Below, one piece after another: positions 48,837 to 59,025 of a stretch of DNA of 64,000 nucleotides (positions are counted from its first letter, which is position 1; each line of letters begins with the position of its first letter). A program made the translations under genes and the position numbers. Source of the stretch: an uncultured Alphaproteobacteria bacterium (GTDB lineage Bacteria > Pseudomonadota > Alphaproteobacteria > RF32 > CAG-239); NCBI GenBank assembly GCA_934229625.1, contig CAKQDU010000001.1, positions 83,078 to 147,077 of the forward strand. Reading direction: 5' to 3'. The notes beneath the pieces were generated by a model. That model was not told the DNA's origin. It worked only from the letters and a program-made list of their open reading frames with translations, and made no database searches.

Positions 48837-49514
48837 TTAATAAATATGTAAATGCCGGCAGATATACACCAACAAAAACTTATTATATTCCATAACCAAC
48901 AATCGGAATGTTCCCCAGCTTTTCCACCATTTGATATTAACATTCGGCGAATAAATAGGATTTAAAATAACTTCCAAATCATTTTCTTTTGTCACATAAA
49001 TAATAAATTCCTGCAGACTGCGCGGAATATGATAGCTGGATGTCACCAATCGGATGGATTTGATATTATTCTTTTTAATCCATTCTTCAGCTTCTATGGC
49101 ATTTTCAATAGTGTTTTTTGCTTTGCGTCCAAGTTCTATTTTACTTTCATCATCGGCTTTTATCTTTGCTTGTTTTTCTATTTGGCTGATAGTGATATTT
49201 TCCGGTACTCCCGATATAAAAAGTTTATCAGCCAAATTTTCATTTAAAAGCTGTATACCTTCCAAAATGCGGTTTCGCCCACCGGTTAAAACGATAATGG
49301 CATCTGTTTTGGTTGTTTTATCTATTTCATACGAATTTATATAGTGTGCAAAATAAACAAACCCCAAGCACCAAGCCGCCAATAAACTTAATCCGCCATA
49401 TAAAATCAAACGCCGAATCAAATCATTTTCTCCAAAGATTTGCGAACTGTCCAATAAGACATTCCCATAGCATAAAGAGAGGACAACAATGGTGTAACCA
49501 TTATCAAACTCCAT
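48837..49514 (-). CDS. DUF218 (ElyC/YdcF-like) protein
   Basis: AIIVLTGGRNRILEGIQLL and IRLVTSSYHIPRS motifs. The N-terminus as listed overlaps the ftsX 3' end, so the true start is uncertain. Confidence 0.55.
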   Translation of the reverse strand: MEFDNGYTIVVLSLCYGNVLLDSSQIFGENDLIRRLILYGGLSLLAAWCLGFVYFAHYINSYEIDKTTKTDAIIVLTGGRNRILEGIQLLNENLADKLFISGVPENITISQIEKQAKIKADDESKIELGRKAKNTIENAIEAEEWIKKNNIKSIRLVTSSYHIPRSLQEFIIYVTKENDLEVILNPIYSPNVNIKWWKSWGTFRLLVMEYNKFLLVYICRHLHIY

Positions 49515-50332
49515 GCCAATGTTGAAAGTTGCGCACCTTTAATAAGTCCGCTGCCGGTTGAAATTCCGTATTTTGCCACCAGAATAATACTTGGCACAGC
49601 CGCCATAAGTCCGATAATTCCCGAAAAAAAGCCGATTTTGGCAAAATTCTTGGCATATTGACGCGCGATATAGTCATCTTTTGCACCGATGATATGTAAA
49701 ATTTCTATCGTATTCAGATTTATACCTAAACTGGTGCGAGTTGAATAATAAATAGAAAAAGCGCAAATACCGATAACCATCAGCAAAACTGACAAAGCTA
49801 TATTTTTAAGCGATGAAGCAAACTTTATGAGACGATTAAGCCACAGCCGGTGATTGTCTATTGACGCATTTTCTGAAATTTGCCGCAAACCTCGTGTAAC
49901 TTCATCATAGTTAAGCTCCGTATTTGGTTTTAATTTTACATCCAGCAACATGGGAATCGGCAGCGAAGATATATCAACTTTGTTGCCAAGCCACGGTGTC
50001 ATGAGTTTTTCAACTGTTTGCGCGTCTAAAGCTTTAACACTTTTAACATCTGACAAATTCTCCACATATTGCAAAACTAAATTTTGAATTTCCTGAGTTT
50101 TAGCCACATCCACATGCTTGCTTTCATCTTCAATCGGAATAATTTGAACCGTAACCGAACCCATAATATCTTTTTCCCAGTTATCGGCCATGGCGTTAAT
50201 AGCCATTACGATTGCCAGCACCACAATAAACAGATACATATAAATAGAAGTCAAAACATACATAAAAGCTGATGTATCATCATCTTCTGTATTGATTTCG
50301 CTGCGGCGTCCTGTTACTAAATCGCTTTTCAT
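49418..50332 (-). CDS. ftsX: cell-division ABC transporter permease FtsX
   Basis: 4 TM with large periplasmic loop, downstream of ftsE. Start placed at the internal Met (MKSDLV) to limit overlap. Confidence 0.7.
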   Translation of the reverse strand: MKSDLVTGRRSEINTEDDDTSAFMYVLTSIYMYLFIVVLAIVMAINAMADNWEKDIMGSVTVQIIPIEDESKHVDVAKTQEIQNLVLQYVENLSDVKSVKALDAQTVEKLMTPWLGNKVDISSLPIPMLLDVKLKPNTELNYDEVTRGLRQISENASIDNHRLWLNRLIKFASSLKNIALSVLLMVIGICAFSIYYSTRTSLGINLNTIEILHIIGAKDDYIARQYAKNFAKIGFFSGIIGLMAAVPSIILVAKYGISTGSGLIKGAQLSTLAWSLIMVTPLLSSLYAMGMSYWTVRKSLEKMI

Positions 50333-50345
50333 CCGTAAATTCTCC

Positions 50346-51065
50346 CTAAATCTTTTTAAGTGCCGGATATAATTTAGCCGCGTGATTAGACAAAACAATG
50401 CGCGGATAATTATAGGTGGAGGTCAATTGTTCGTTGTGTGTTGCCAAAACAACGGTGGTTCCCACCTTATTTAATTCCACAAACAAACGCATAAGTTTTC
50501 CGGCGATTTCTGTGTCAACGCTGCCTGTCGGTTCATCGGCAAACAAAATTTCCGGACGGTTTATCACGGCTCTGGCAATAGCCACGCGTTGTTTTTCGCC
50601 GCCGGAAAGCGAAGAACATATCTTATAAATGCTTTTATGCAGTTCCACCCATTGCAGCAGTTCTGTAACGCGCTTATAAATTTCTTTTTCTCCCATACCG
50701 CGCACTCTTAAAGGCAGCGCGATGTTATCGAACACGCTTAAATGCTCCAACAGCCGGAAATCCTGAAATACAACTCCGATTTTTTGCCGTAAGCCGGCCA
50801 AAGTATCGCGATTGGAAAAATTTATATTATTTCCAAACACTTTCAAAGTTCCCTTATGAGGTTTCTTTATCAAATATAACATATTAAGAAGAGTGGTTTT
50901 GCCGGCTCCGCTCTTACCGGTTATAAAAGTGAAAGACCCTGGTAAAAGTGAAAAATAGACATTTTGCAAAACATCCTCGTTGCGTTCATAGCCTACTGAA
51001 ACATTTTGCAAATCTATAATCGGCTGTTTTACGCCAGTTTGGTTATTTTCCATGCATTCCTCCAA
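50346..51065 (-). CDS. ftsE: cell-division ATP-binding protein FtsE
   Basis: GKSGAGKTT Walker A, LSGGEKQRVAIARA signature, 239 aa. Confidence 0.85.
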   Translation of the reverse strand: MEECMENNQTGVKQPIIDLQNVSVGYERNEDVLQNVYFSLLPGSFTFITGKSGAGKTTLLNMLYLIKKPHKGTLKVFGNNINFSNRDTLAGLRQKIGVVFQDFRLLEHLSVFDNIALPLRVRGMGEKEIYKRVTELLQWVELHKSIYKICSSLSGGEKQRVAIARAVINRPEILFADEPTGSVDTEIAGKLMRLFVELNKVGTTVVLATHNEQLTSTYNYPRIVLSNHAAKLYPALKKI

Positions 51066-51163
51066 TTTTATATTAAGAATATATCAATAATCCGTATAAT
51101 AAAATACTTTTTTTCTTTTAATCTGCAAATTTTTAGAATATAGTGCAAAAAAAAGAGGTTAGT

Positions 51164-51991
51164 ATGTTAATAAGTTGTCCAAAATGTAATGCCGTATATC
51201 AGATTCCAGATGCTCAAATTCCTGTTGACGGCAAAAAATTTAAATGTGCAGAATGCGGCGGCGTGTGGACCGTATATCCGCAAGATGTAAAAAAAGCCAC
51301 CTCTGAAACAGCTGTTCCTTCAGTATCGGATTCTGCTGCCGAACGCGTATCTGAAAGCAAAACAGATGCTCCGCAAGCGTCTGCTCCGGCTCCGCAGATA
51401 AAATCACAAATTGTCAGTCCGCAAACACAAGCTGACGATGATGTGGAAAAAATGTTTAACCGTCTGTCTCAAGACACAAAAGGTTTGTTTAACGGTAATT
51501 CTTCTGCCAACACCAGATGGGATAAATATAAAATCAAATTAAGAATGTTTTTTTCACCGTTTGTGGTTAACTGCACTTTGGTACTTTTGCTTTTTGCCTT
51601 TACGTTTTATATCGGATACGCCAATCGTTTTTATATTGTTTCTAAAATACCTCAATTGGAAGGTTTTTATAAAAACATGGGATTATACAGCCTTTACAAA
51701 GGACGCGGATTGATTTTTAAAGGCATAAAAACCCGCTATATGACACGCCGCGGTAAAATACATTTGGAAGTATCCGGTTTAATTTATAATGAAAGCGATA
51801 TGAAAACTGCCGTATTGCCGATTAAAGCCGAGCTATACAATAAGCAAGGTGAAAAACTTAATGAAGTTGTGAAAGTTTTGACCATTGACCGATTGGCTCC
51901 GAGTTTCAGCGCTGTTTTCAGGGTACTTATTCCTGATAATACTCTGGAAGAAAAAACTGTCATTTTGAGCTTTACGGAAAATGCCGAATAA
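51164..51991 (+). CDS. MJ0042-type zinc-ribbon protein with C-terminal DUF3426-like domain
   Basis: MLISCPKCNAVYQIP...KCAECGGVW zinc ribbon, Pro/Ala/Ser-rich linker, TM helix. RBS AGAGG. Start chosen at 51164. Confidence 0.6.
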   Translation: MLISCPKCNAVYQIPDAQIPVDGKKFKCAECGGVWTVYPQDVKKATSETAVPSVSDSAAERVSESKTDAPQASAPAPQIKSQIVSPQTQADDDVEKMFNRLSQDTKGLFNGNSSANTRWDKYKIKLRMFFSPFVVNCTLVLLLFAFTFYIGYANRFYIVSKIPQLEGFYKNMGLYSLYKGRGLIFKGIKTRYMTRRGKIHLEVSGLIYNESDMKTAVLPIKAELYNKQGEKLNEVVKVLTIDRLAPSFSAVFRVLIPDNTLEEKTVILSFTENAE

Positions 51992-52010
51992 ATAATTAAA
52001 GGAGATAAAT

Positions 52011-52463
52011 ATGTTAAGAGAAGATTTGCAAAACAGCTTGAAAGAAGCTATGAAAAGTAAGGATATGAAAACTGTAAACGCCGTGCGTTTGATTATCGCC
52101 GGACAAAAAGAAAAAGACGTTGAAGCTCGCGGCAAAGGTTTGGAAAAAGCCGGCGATGCCGAATTGCTGGCAATGATGCAGACAATGATTAAACAAAGAA
52201 ATGAATCTATAAAAATTTATACTGAAGGCAATCGTCCGGATTTGGCTGAAAAAGAGCAAGCAGAAATTGATGTAATCAACCGCTTTTTGCCAAAACAAAT
52301 GGACGCTGCCGAAATTGATGAAGCCATCAAAGCCGCTATTTCTGAGACCGGCGCTGCCGGCATACGCGACATGGGTAAAGTTATGGGTGCTTTAAAAGCA
52401 AAATATGCAGGTAAAATGGATTTTGGAGCTGCTTCTGCCGCCATTAAAAAGTTCTTGGCTTAA
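52011..52463 (+). CDS. GatB/YqeY-domain protein
   Basis: 150 aa. LKEAMKSKD...TVNAVRLI and RDMGKVMGALKAKYAGKMD are typical of YqeY. RBS GGAG. Confidence 0.75.
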   Translation: MLREDLQNSLKEAMKSKDMKTVNAVRLIIAGQKEKDVEARGKGLEKAGDAELLAMMQTMIKQRNESIKIYTEGNRPDLAEKEQAEIDVINRFLPKQMDAAEIDEAIKAAISETGAAGIRDMGKVMGALKAKYAGKMDFGAASAAIKKFLA

Positions 52464-52488
52464 ATTATAAAGGCTGAACGGCTGCATA

Positions 52489-54339
52489 ATGAACGACGAT
52501 TTGCAAAAATTTTTAGATGAACTCCGTAGCAGAATTTCTATTGCCGATGTTGTCGGAAATAAGGTGAAATTGACAAAGAGAGGACGGGAATATCTTGGAT
52601 TATGCCCGTTTCATAATGAAAAAACACCGTCATTTACCGTTAATGAAAGCAAAGGCTTCTACCATTGTTTCGGCTGCGGAGCGCACGGAGATATTGTCAA
52701 ATTTGAAATGGACGCTAACGGACTTCCGTTTATTGAAGCCGTCAAAAAACTTGCCGATAAGGTCGGAATGCAGCTGCCTGTTTGGTCTAAAGAAAGCCAA
52801 GAACAAAACCTAAAGCGCAAATCGCTATACGAGATTATGGATATTGCCTGTGCCTATTTTGAAAAAAATCTGCGCATGCCGGTCGGAGCGCACGGCTTAT
52901 CCTATTTTAAAGAAAAGCGCGCTTTAAGCGAAGAAACCATCAAAAAGTTCCGTTTAGGCTATGCGCCAAGCGGTAATGGTCTAAAAGCATTGCTATCCTC
53001 TAAAGGAGTGTCGGAACATGATATGGCTGAGCTTGGACTTATAGCTGTGCCGGAAGACACCTCGCGCGCATCTCATGATTTTTTCCGCGACAGAGTAATG
53101 ATTCCGATTATGGATAAGCAAGGCAATGTCATTGCTTTCGGTGGGCGCATTATGGACAATAGTCAGCCTAAATACTTAAATTCGCCAGAAACACCGATTT
53201 TCAATAAACGCCGTATCCTTTATAATATGAATAACGCTCGTGAGCCGGCATATAGCGCCAAACGTCTGATTATCTGCGAGGGTTATATGGATGTGATTGC
53301 TCTGGACAGTTTTAGTTTCAGCTACGCCACAGCTCCGCTCGGCACGGCTCTGACCGAAGAACAGATTCTTGAAGCATGGAAAGTGTGCAATATCCCTACC
53401 CTATGCTTTGACGGAGACGGCGCCGGAATAAAAGCGGCAATTCGTTCCATAGACAGAGTTTTACCTATCTTGAAAGCTGGCTATTCGGTTAATTATATTT
53501 TTCTTAAAGAAAAAAAAGACCCTGATGAACTGCTGCATAGTTTGGGAGCTCCGGTGTTTGAGCAATATTTGCAAAAAGCCAAACCTTTAGTGGATATTTT
53601 GTGGCACAAATGCAAAATGAACAAAAACACCGACACGCCGGAGCAAAAGGCGCTGATAGAGAAAGAGACTTTTGAAGAAGTCGCAAAAATCAAGGATGAG
53701 CAAATCCGCAGTTATTATGCGCAAGAAATGAAAAAGCGTATTTATTACACTTTTGGCAAAGGTTCTCTGTATAAAAGCTCTCAAACCGCGCAAAACGGCA
53801 CTCAGCAGCCGTCAGAACAACAAATTAAACAAACTTATGCGCCGCGACGTAAAAAGCCTGACACAGAACCTATTTATCATTTTGTTAAAAAACCGCCGCT
53901 TAATGATTTGGTTATCCGCGGAATTATTGCCGCCATGCTTTTATATCCGGAACTTATTGAAAAATACGAAGAAAAATTGACGGCTTTTGAAATAAATGAT
54001 TCTAAAATGGCAAAAATTCTGGCTGAAATTATGGAAATTCATCAAGAAGACGAACACTTGGACAGCGAACGCCTGATTGAAAAATTAAAACTAAATTTTG
54101 CCGCAGAAATTGGTGATTTATGGGAAATAAATATGTATAAATCCCAAAAATCCACCCTACCGAGTCTCAAATCTGAAATAGACAACGGATTATTAGAAAT
54201 ACAATTAAAACAAATTGATAGCGAGCTAAAAGAATGTACATCTTTAATGGCTAAACAACCAGAAAACTCAACAGAGATTTATAATCGCTATCAACAACTT
54301 GTAACAGAACGCAATAATTTGATTCTGGCTAAAGAATAG
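52489..54339 (+). CDS. dnaG: DNA primase
   Basis: CHC2 zinc finger CPFHNEKTPSF...HCFGCGAHGD, RNA-polymerase core, Toprim (EGYMDVIAL, DGDGAG). Confidence 0.9.
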   Translation: MNDDLQKFLDELRSRISIADVVGNKVKLTKRGREYLGLCPFHNEKTPSFTVNESKGFYHCFGCGAHGDIVKFEMDANGLPFIEAVKKLADKVGMQLPVWSKESQEQNLKRKSLYEIMDIACAYFEKNLRMPVGAHGLSYFKEKRALSEETIKKFRLGYAPSGNGLKALLSSKGVSEHDMAELGLIAVPEDTSRASHDFFRDRVMIPIMDKQGNVIAFGGRIMDNSQPKYLNSPETPIFNKRRILYNMNNAREPAYSAKRLIICEGYMDVIALDSFSFSYATAPLGTALTEEQILEAWKVCNIPTLCFDGDGAGIKAAIRSIDRVLPILKAGYSVNYIFLKEKKDPDELLHSLGAPVFEQYLQKAKPLVDILWHKCKMNKNTDTPEQKALIEKETFEEVAKIKDEQIRSYYAQEMKKRIYYTFGKGSLYKSSQTAQNGTQQPSEQQIKQTYAPRRKKPDTEPIYHFVKKPPLNDLVIRGIIAAMLLYPELIEKYEEKLTAFEINDSKMAKILAEIMEIHQEDEHLDSERLIEKLKLNFAAEIGDLWEINMYKSQKSTLPSLKSEIDNGLLEIQLKQIDSELKECTSLMAKQPENSTEIYNRYQQLVTERNNLILAKE

Positions 54340-54340
54340 C

Positions 54341-55063
54341 TTATTTAAATTCAAAACTTACGTCGCAGTCGGTATTTTTCTTGTCACAGGAAGCGCAAAC
54401 TTCCTGAAAATCTTTTAATGTAGCCGTAGGTAAACATTTTTCTCCGTCTTGACAATACTTTGCTCCATAAAAATATATGTTATGCGACCCCTGCCACGAC
54501 CTTGCCAAATAAATTTCAGAGGACAAAGGCATAGCTATATTCTTAAACAACTCCAAACAAAAATCTTCTGCAAATCCTTCTGTAGTGGTTACATTATCAG
54601 CACTTTTAGTAAAACCGCCGATTTTTATGCTTACTGAAACAGCGCCTTTTCTAGTATATGGATAAACAATATTACCGAAAGTGTCATAAAAGGTATTGGT
54701 TGATTTTGTATAACTATCTGGTAACAACCCCAACGCATAAACGGTGTCTGCCAATGGTATTTGCCTAACCTGTTCATCTGATTTTAAGCTATCCAAATGC
54801 TCCAGAAGTCCGGCAAAAAACATAGAGTATTCTCCGATTGTCTTGTTCATTTTCCACATTCTCATTGCTTTGCTATAGCCTGCAATACCGGCAACGGACA
54901 GAACACCGACAATCGCCAGCACGCCGAGCATTTCTATCATACTCCGCCCAGCTGAAACCGCGTATAGCTGCGCTTCTAAAGCAGTTTTACGCTGTCTCAA
55001 AAAATTTATGTATTCCCCATATACACTAGGATTTTTTGTATTTTCTTTTAATTTATCAGACAT
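54341..55063 (-). CDS. type IVb-like prepilin paralog P4 (39-aa leader)
   Basis: AGGAG SD before the Met at 55063. ...AVSAG then RSMIEMLGVLAIVGVLSVAGIAGYSKAM. C-terminal FYGAKYCQDGEKC...CASCDKKNTDCDVSFEFK. Confidence 0.65.
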   Translation of the reverse strand: MSDKLKENTKNPSVYGEYINFLRQRKTALEAQLYAVSAGRSMIEMLGVLAIVGVLSVAGIAGYSKAMRMWKMNKTIGEYSMFFAGLLEHLDSLKSDEQVRQIPLADTVYALGLLPDSYTKSTNTFYDTFGNIVYPYTRKGAVSVSIKIGGFTKSADNVTTTEGFAEDFCLELFKNIAMPLSSEIYLARSWQGSHNIYFYGAKYCQDGEKCLPTATLKDFQEVCASCDKKNTDCDVSFEFK

Positions 55064-55407
55064 ATATTGAACTCCTAAAAAATTACAGAAAAACCGCTTA
55101 AAATAAGCGGTCGGAGAGTTCAACAATCATATCTGCTTAAATGATTCTTTTAGCCTTTAAAGCCATATTGTGTCAGAGATATATTATACAGCTTTTGAAC
55201 ATACGCTAAAAGCTCCCCGACCATATTGCTATGTATCGGGGATATATTTAGCTATCGGCAATAATCAAACCGCCGATAATTTAACGATGTTATATCCTAA
55301 CACCGAAGCAGATAAGAGCCGTTGAAAGCTCCGCGCTAACCGCGCTTGTTTTAATATATAAAGAAATAAAATAAAAAGCAAACAAATTCTTATGGGATAA
55401 AATTTTA

Positions 55408-55863
55408 TTACGCACCCTGACTGTTTTTAATTTTAGCCACTTCACCGCGAGCAAGAGCATCGCAGCGTTCGTTTTCGGGGTGGCCGTTATGTCCTTTCAC
55501 CCACAGCCAGCGAATTTCATGCTGTTGCGTCAGCTCGTCCAAACGCTGCCATAAATCAATGTTTTTAACCGCCTGTTTTTTATTTGCCGTCTGCCAGTTG
55601 TTGCGTTTCCAATTTGCCAGCCATTCGGTTATACCGTTCATCACATACTTGCTGTCGGTGTAAAGTGAAATATTGCACTTGGTTTTAAGCGCGCTCAATG
55701 CCATAATCACAGCCATCAGCTCCATACGGTTGTTGGTGGTGTTTTCTTCTCCACCGCTTAACTCTTTTTCAATATCCTTATAGCGTAAAATCGCGCCCCA
55801 ACCGCCTACTCCGGGGTTGCCGGAACAAGCTCCGTCCGTAAAAATCTCCACTCTTGCCGTCAT
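55408..55863 (-). CDS. rnhA: ribonuclease HI
   Basis: [25 protein letters not shown] and WVKGHNGH motifs. Confidence 0.9.
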   Translation of the reverse strand: MTARVEIFTDGACSGNPGVGGWGAILRYKDIEKELSGGEENTTNNRMELMAVIMALSALKTKCNISLYTDSKYVMNGITEWLANWKRNNWQTANKKQAVKNIDLWQRLDELTQQHEIRWLWVKGHNGHPENERCDALARGEVAKIKNSQGA

Positions 55864-56937
55864 TTATTCCACTTTTCGTAAAAACTCGTTAAAAAATTCA
55901 TTAATCAGCCACTCGTTATTTTTTTCATCAGTCCGCAAAGCCTTAGCCACAAATGAGCGTAAATTATTTTTCAGCCCGCTTATTCTAAATGATTTCGGCG
56001 CGGCGCGCTCTGCCCCAACCACGCCATCCAGCAGCAAATCATCGTCAACCAGCGGTGACAAAATTATCTCAATTCTTGTAAACTTCAAAATTCCGCGCGG
56101 TGGCAAACGCAATTCCGGCTTAGTTATCAGGTTCAAATGCCCTGCTATTCCCTGAATAGAATACATTTGGTTATAATCCAAAAACCGCACTTTATTATTA
56201 ACGCCGCCATAATTTTCGGTAGTGCAAGTAAGATAAAGCTCGCTGGCAATCACATTGCTTTCATTTTTACAAAATACATCAAACGAAACTTTGACATATT
56301 TGTGCACTGCTTTGCCTTTTTTACTTTTCAAATAAAGAATTTCAGCTTCATCATTCTGCACAATTTCCAGCTTGCGGTTTTCTATCATCAGTTCCACATT
56401 AGGCTGTGGTTGGCGTCCAAACATTCCGGCAATCACCGAATATGGAGCCGGCACATTGTTTGAACCCGAACGAATGTAAATATGGCTGCCGATTGTTGTC
56501 ATCAGCGGAGCCAAATCGGATTTTGGAATATATGTTGCCAAATAGCCGTCACCATTTTTATCGCAAGCAATTATGTGGTTGCGCACTTTATTATGACTTG
56601 GAATAGTGCAGCCGGAGATGGCGTTTTCTACCCAGCTCATAAAACGATGCACATTGTGAACTTTGACTTTGCTTTTCGCCACATCACCGACTTCACAGTC
56701 GCGAGAACATTCAACACCCCAAATAATCACTCCGCCTTCGGAATTGCCAAAACCGGATATACACTTAGAAAGATTGCGCCTATCGTCACTACACAGAGCC
56801 TGACCATGCTTGCCGGTAGAAGCCGCCTGCTTAAAATCCAAAAACAACTCCTCTGTCTGCCGCTCGCGGATAAATTCATCAAGCGCGTCTTCGCCAAAAT
56901 AAACCAGCTTTTCAAATATATCTTCAGCTCTTGACAT
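55864..56937 (-). CDS. AlbA_2 (Schlafen-like putative DNA-binding) domain protein
   Basis: N-terminal EELFLDFKQ...LSKCISGFGNSEGGVIIWGVE matches the AlbA_2 pattern. 357 aa. Its stop abuts the rnhA start. Confidence 0.6.
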   Translation of the reverse strand: MSRAEDIFEKLVYFGEDALDEFIRERQTEELFLDFKQAASTGKHGQALCSDDRRNLSKCISGFGNSEGGVIIWGVECSRDCEVGDVAKSKVKVHNVHRFMSWVENAISGCTIPSHNKVRNHIIACDKNGDGYLATYIPKSDLAPLMTTIGSHIYIRSGSNNVPAPYSVIAGMFGRQPQPNVELMIENRKLEIVQNDEAEILYLKSKKGKAVHKYVKVSFDVFCKNESNVIASELYLTCTTENYGGVNNKVRFLDYNQMYSIQGIAGHLNLITKPELRLPPRGILKFTRIEIILSPLVDDDLLLDGVVGAERAAPKSFRISGLKNNLRSFVAKALRTDEKNNEWLINEFFNEFLRKVE

Positions 56938-56986
56938 GGCGGCATCTCCTGTTGTTGCATTTATGGCTTATAATATCACAGTCCGC

Positions 56987-58249
56987 TTAAAAACGCAAAT
57001 ACTTCTCTACAATATCATAGCTAGGATAGTCATGCAGATTGCCCAAAAGCGTATAAGTCGGCTTACTGGCAAACAAACGCCTCGCCACACGCTGAATATC
57101 ATCTTTATTGATAGCGTTGATTTTTTCCACAATTTCTTCAACCGGAATCACGCGGTTATACAAAAGATGCTGACGGGCGATAACTTCGGCTGTGGAAGAA
57201 GAACTTTCCAAAGCCATCAGCATACTTGCCTTGAGCTGAACTTTCACCCGTTCCAATTCTTTGTCGGTCACATATTCATTAACAACTTTTTTCAGCTCAT
57301 CAGCCACCACCGGAACATATTGCTTGATTTCTTCTTCATTCAAACCGGCGTAAATACCAAACATACCGCTGCCGGTGTGTGCGTTGGCAAAGCTGTATAC
57401 CGTATAAACCAAACCGCGCTTTTCTCTAATTTCTTGGAACAAACGCGAAGACATGCTGCCGCCCAGCAAGGTTGAAAGCACAGTTACCGGATAATAGTCC
57501 GCATCGTTATACGGCACTCCCTCAAAGCCAAGCAAAACCTGAGCTTGTTCAATATCACGGGTTTTGATAGATGAACCTCCGGTATAATGCTGCGCGTCTT
57601 TAACATAGTCTGTTTTTTCACGCAAACCAGACATACGGTCCTCCACCATTTTAACAAATTCATCATGGTTCAAATTACCGACAGCGGCAACCACCATATT
57701 TTCGGCGGCGTAGTTGTGTTTCATATAATCATGCAGCTTATCGGCATTAAATGAGCGGACTTTTTCCGCCGGACCAAGAATACTGCGCCCCAAAGCCTGA
57801 TTAGCAAAGGCTGTTTCTTGAAAATAGTCATAAACAATATCGCTTGGGTCATCGTTAGTCTGTTTGATTTCCTGCACCACGACTTCTTTTTCTTTTGCCA
57901 GTTCGGCAGCGTCAAAAGTCGGCGCCATAATCAAATCCGACAACACGTCAGCAGCCAATTCTACGTCATTTTTCAGCATTTTAGCATAAAAAGCCGTAAA
58001 TTCGCGCGAAGTATAAGCATTGGTTTGACCGCCAACATTTTCGATATCTTCGGAAATTTGCAAAGAGTTACGTTTTTTTGTACCTTTAAACACGGTATGT
58101 TCAACAAAATGCGAAATTCCGTTTCTTTCCAGCGTTTCGCAAGCGCTTCCAGTGTTTACCCAAATACCCAAAGAAACAGTTTCAGTCTGCGGACGTTCAA
58201 CAGAGGCAACTCGCAAACCGTTTTTTAACGTTGTTAATTTAACTTCCAT
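56987..58249 (-). CDS. M16-family zinc metallopeptidase (pitrilysin/MPP-like)
   Basis: HFVEHTVFKGT inverted zincin motif, 420 aa. Confidence 0.85.
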   Translation of the reverse strand: MEVKLTTLKNGLRVASVERPQTETVSLGIWVNTGSACETLERNGISHFVEHTVFKGTKKRNSLQISEDIENVGGQTNAYTSREFTAFYAKMLKNDVELAADVLSDLIMAPTFDAAELAKEKEVVVQEIKQTNDDPSDIVYDYFQETAFANQALGRSILGPAEKVRSFNADKLHDYMKHNYAAENMVVAAVGNLNHDEFVKMVEDRMSGLREKTDYVKDAQHYTGGSSIKTRDIEQAQVLLGFEGVPYNDADYYPVTVLSTLLGGSMSSRLFQEIREKRGLVYTVYSFANAHTGSGMFGIYAGLNEEEIKQYVPVVADELKKVVNEYVTDKELERVKVQLKASMLMALESSSSTAEVIARQHLLYNRVIPVEEIVEKINAINKDDIQRVARRLFASKPTYTLLGNLHDYPSYDIVEKYLRF

Positions 58250-58342
58250 AAAAAATCTTGCCTTATTCTAAAAAATTACATATGACAGTATTATATTGTC
58301 TGATTAGGATAAATCAACATAAAACTTATAAGGGGGTATATA

Positions 58343-59020
58343 ATGGGGAAAAAATTACATTTTGCCGTTGTGCTTTCAGGCTGTGGCCGTGCTGATGGCT
58401 CGGAAATTCACGAAGCGGTCTGTGCCTTGCTTTGCATAGAGAATATGGGTTGCACCTATCAATGCTTTGCGCCGGATATTGACCAAGCGGCGGTGGTTAA
58501 TCATCTAAACAACCAAGCGATGAATGAAAAACGCAATGTTTTGGTGGAATCTGCTCGCATTGCCCGCGGCAATATTTTAGATTTAAAGGCATTTAACACC
58601 AAAGATTTTGACGCCATTATCTTCCCCGGCGGACTCGGCGCTGTCACCAACTGGTGCGATTTTGCCGGACGCGGGGTTTCCTGCAATATCAACACCAGCG
58701 TAAAGCAGGTTATCCGCAAATGCTGGGAAGACAAAGTCGTTATCGGCGCAATGTGCATCGCTCCGGTTTTGATTGCTTTGGTTTTGGCCGACAAACACGT
58801 TAAATTCACGCTCGGCGCCGGCGGCGATACCGCCCAAAAGCTGGAAGAACTCGGCGCGATTCACGAAGAAGTAGGCGTTTCCGATGTTTGTGTAGACCGC
58901 GAAAATCTGGTTTGCAGCACTCCGGCATATATGCTTGCTACAAATATGCTTGACGTTTGTCAAGGCGCGCAAAATATGGTCGGGGCAATCTGTCAGCTTT
59001 TAGAAGAGCAAAGAAACTGA
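58343..59020 (+). CDS. elbB: DJ-1/PfpI-family ElbB-like protein (glyoxalase / isoprenoid biosynthesis protein)
   Basis: MGKKLHFAVVLSGCGRADGSEIHE N-terminus and IIFPGGLGA are typical of ElbB. Confidence 0.75.
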   Translation: MGKKLHFAVVLSGCGRADGSEIHEAVCALLCIENMGCTYQCFAPDIDQAAVVNHLNNQAMNEKRNVLVESARIARGNILDLKAFNTKDFDAIIFPGGLGAVTNWCDFAGRGVSCNINTSVKQVIRKCWEDKVVIGAMCIAPVLIALVLADKHVKFTLGAGGDTAQKLEELGAIHEEVGVSDVCVDRENLVCSTPAYMLATNMLDVCQGAQNMVGAICQLLEEQRN

Positions 59021-59025
59021 CATAA

